A stretch of DNA of 27,744 nucleotides, taken from NCBI GenBank assembly GCA_963765205.1, contig CAVXVB010000001.1, forward strand, positions 1 to 27,744, read 5' to 3'. A program made the translations under genes and the position numbers. The notes below the pieces were generated by a model. The model saw nothing but the letters and a program-made list of their open reading frames with translations, had not been told where the DNA came from and ran no database searches. The DNA comes from an uncultured Verrucomicrobiae bacterium (GTDB taxonomy: Bacteria > Verrucomicrobiota > Verrucomicrobiia > Opitutales > JABDGR01). How positions within the stretch are numbered: the stretch's first letter is position 1; every line of letters starts with the position of its first letter. Below, in pieces: positions 27,371 to 27,744 of this stretch.

Positions 27371-27640
27371 ATGGAAGAAGACATCTGCAAACATTTGAGT
27401 GAAATTAAAAAGCTGAAACATGCAAAAGATTATGTTTGCGAAGAATGCATAAAAACGCATGATAGCTGGATGCACCTGCGCACTTGCCAGGAATGCGGCA
27501 TAACACTTTGCTGTGATAGTTCGCCAAACCAGCATGCCAGCAAACATGCGCATAAAACCGGGCACCCGGTAGTACTCTCAGCCGAACCCGGCGAACGCTG
27601 GCTGTGGTGCTATGTGGATGAAGTTATGGCGGAGTATTGA
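27371..27640 (+). CDS. UBP-type zinc finger domain protein (89 aa)
   Basis: CKHL...CEECIK...WMHLRTCQECGITLCCDSSPNQHASKH...HPVVLSAEPGERWLWCYVDE is the stand-alone bacterial zf-UBP pattern, commonly found next to TrxB-like genes. Confidence 0.93.
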   Translation: MEEDICKHLSEIKKLKHAKDYVCEECIKTHDSWMHLRTCQECGITLCCDSSPNQHASKHAHKTGHPVVLSAEPGERWLWCYVDEVMAEY

Positions 27641-27644
27641 TGAA

Positions 27645-27733
27645 AGTTTGCAGTTGGCAGTTTGCAGTTAGCAGTTCAAGGCTTTAAAACTGCAAACTGG
27701 TAACTGGCAACTGCAAACTGCCCACTGCAAACT
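27645..27733. repeat. Palindromic element built from 7-bp tandem repeats
   Basis: Left arm AGTTTGC AGTTGGC AGTTTGC AGTTAGC AGTT (27645-27676). Right arm AACT GCAAACT GGTAACT GGCAACT GCAAACT GCCCACT GCAAACT (27688-27733) is in inverted orientation. Confidence 0.85.
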
Positions 27734-27744
27734 TCTTCTCAATC

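Overview
The window reads as three joined pieces. (A) 1 to ~21350 is high-GC DNA with PVC/Verrucomicrobia-type gene content and no Shine-Dalgarno (SD) signals before most starts (several read CCC-ATG). It holds a giant (>1770 aa) autotransporter-associated beta-strand repeat protein with one frameshift and a decayed AraC regulator. Next comes a restriction-modification islet (C5 methyltransferase, Eco29kI-family GIY-YIG endonuclease, Vsr) that appears to sit between the two ends of a split amino-methyltransferase/endonuclease gene. A KTSC gene and a Mu-Gp27/DUF3486-like gene follow, then a phased 10-bp repeat array and a secreted Ig-repeat protein with a very Cys-rich C-terminus. The piece ends with a PmoA-family (PF14100) lipoprotein, a DUF1592/DUF1552 pair bracketed by a 189-bp direct repeat of that lipoprotein gene's 3' end, and tRNA-Tyr(GTA). 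(B) ~21350 to ~26985 has strong AAGGAG SD sites and Acidobacteria-like genes: a truncated GH29 fucosidase fused in frame to a DoxX-like tail, a frameshifted DcaP-like porin and a frameshifted GAF-PAS histidine kinase. (C) ~26985 to the end is AT-richer and Bacteroidota-like, with the 3' part of a thioredoxin reductase, a UBP-type zinc finger gene and a heptamer palindrome. Both mid-gene junctions and the dense indels on the right suggest a chimeric or low-coverage contig end. All family and taxon calls come from motif recognition by eye; no searches were run.
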